Positions 63,141 through 64,000 of a stretch of DNA of 64,000 nt are shown piece after piece. Under the pieces are notes generated by a model. That model was not told the origin of the DNA, searched no databases, and was given only the letters and a program-made list of their open reading frames with translations. Location: the NCBI GenBank assembly GCA_028534125.1, contig CM052851.1, positions 15,066,001 through 15,130,000 on the forward strand, in the 5' to 3' direction. Numbering within the stretch: position 1 is the stretch's first letter; the number at the start of each line of letters is the position of its first letter. A program made the translations under genes and the position numbers. The stretch is from Lama glama (taxonomy: Eukaryota).

Positions 63141-63838
63141 GAGGTGGCTTGGGCCTAGGCACTTTTTGAAAATACTAACAGCTACCACTGACTGGACTCT
63201 CGCCAAGGGCCAGGCTCCATGCCAAGCTCTGGTTTAGAAAAGTACTTTGAAAGTACTGGCCGTTGAGAATTCACACAGCTCTATCCAGATGGTGTGTCCG
63301 TTTTACCGATAAGCAACCTGAGGTTTAGAGAAGGCAAGTCCCGGCCTCTGAGTCTTACACTGGTGGTGAGCGGGATCCAGCCCCAGGCCCTGAATCATAA
63401 GGCTTGATGCTACACCGGCTTGCCTGGACTGGCCCCTGGAGAAGTGGCCCGGACCAGTCAGCTGCTGCGGCAGTGGTAGCAAGCTGCCTGAGGTAAGGGA
63501 GGAGGCAAGGGTGGATGAGGCGGGCGGCAGGAGGGGCTGCTGGCCCATTCCTCAGAAGCTGGCTTTCTCCCTTGAGAAGTGACTCAGAATTAAGATGGGC
63601 TCAAAAGCTCTCCAGGTGGCTGTGGCGCCCCCACCTGCCTCCCTCCACACTGCCAGACCCCAGGGACCAGCCTCGGGTCCCTGGGTTATGACTGGAGCCG
63701 TTCACCTGTGCAGCTGACAAAGCTTTTTTGTACCCATTATCTCACTGGCATCTCACAAGGACGCCGTTGTGAGGAAGGTGTGATTATGCTGGTTTTGTAT
63801 GGGTGGAGTAGGGCGGTGAGCTGGATCCCAGCCCAGCA

Positions 63839-64000
63839 AGGTGGTTCCCAAAGCGTGGTCCTTGGCCCAGCAGCAGCAGCAGCAGCAGCAGGAACTTGTT
63901 AGAAAGGTGTGTTTGGGGACCCCATCCGAGATCTACTGAATAAGAACTCCAGGGGAGGAGCCCACCAATTTGTTTTAACAAGACTTCAAGGAGATTCTGA
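63839..64000 (+). mobile_element. MER5A running off the window end, containing (CAG)8 at 63868-63891
   Basis: gtggttcccaaagcgtggtcc...ggaacttgttagaaa...ctactgaataagaactc...ttttaacaag...gattctga. Confidence 0.85.

Noticed and set aside
62075-63237. Long ORFs over the promoter (186 aa and 211 aa)
   Set aside because: Stop-codon depletion in a CpG island; no coding features.
63784-63981. Poly-Leu/poly-Ala ORFs resembling a signal peptide
   Set aside because: Artefact of the (CAG)8 tract inside MER5A.
1-64000. CRISPR arrays, prokaryotic operons, intact retroelement or viral ORFs, or a novel multi-gene system
   Set aside because: No regularly spaced repeat-spacer structure and no long intact RT, transposase or viral ORF. 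The window is accounted for by CD82, decayed repeats and ordinary non-coding DNA.

Overview
Mammalian, GC-rich genomic DNA carrying one complete protein-coding gene, the tetraspanin CD82 (KAI1), on the minus strand. Eight GT-AG coding exons (36075 down to 13506) give 813 nt, or 270 aa plus stop. A non-coding first exon lies in a TATA-less, GC-box-rich CpG island (donor at 62240-62241), and there are three candidate polyA signals (13166, 12681, 12242). The rest is intronic or intergenic sequence full of old mammalian repeats (MIR, L2, L1, MLT1, MER5, MER45A, MER46C, MER58B), microsatellites and two 100-N assembly gaps. A tRNA-Ala-derived SINE with target-site duplications resembles camelid Vic-1, which suggests alpaca, llama or camel. 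Apart from the CD82 exons, the ORF track looks like noise. I found no convincing previously undescribed biological system. The best leads are modest: remodelling of CD82 glycosylation, palmitoylation and tail residues, a frame-preserving stop-free 120-nt intron, a G4/poly-C splice acceptor, a consensus CTCF site just past the 3' end, and several candidate enhancer motif clusters. Repeat family names and human comparisons come from recalled sequences, not database searches.
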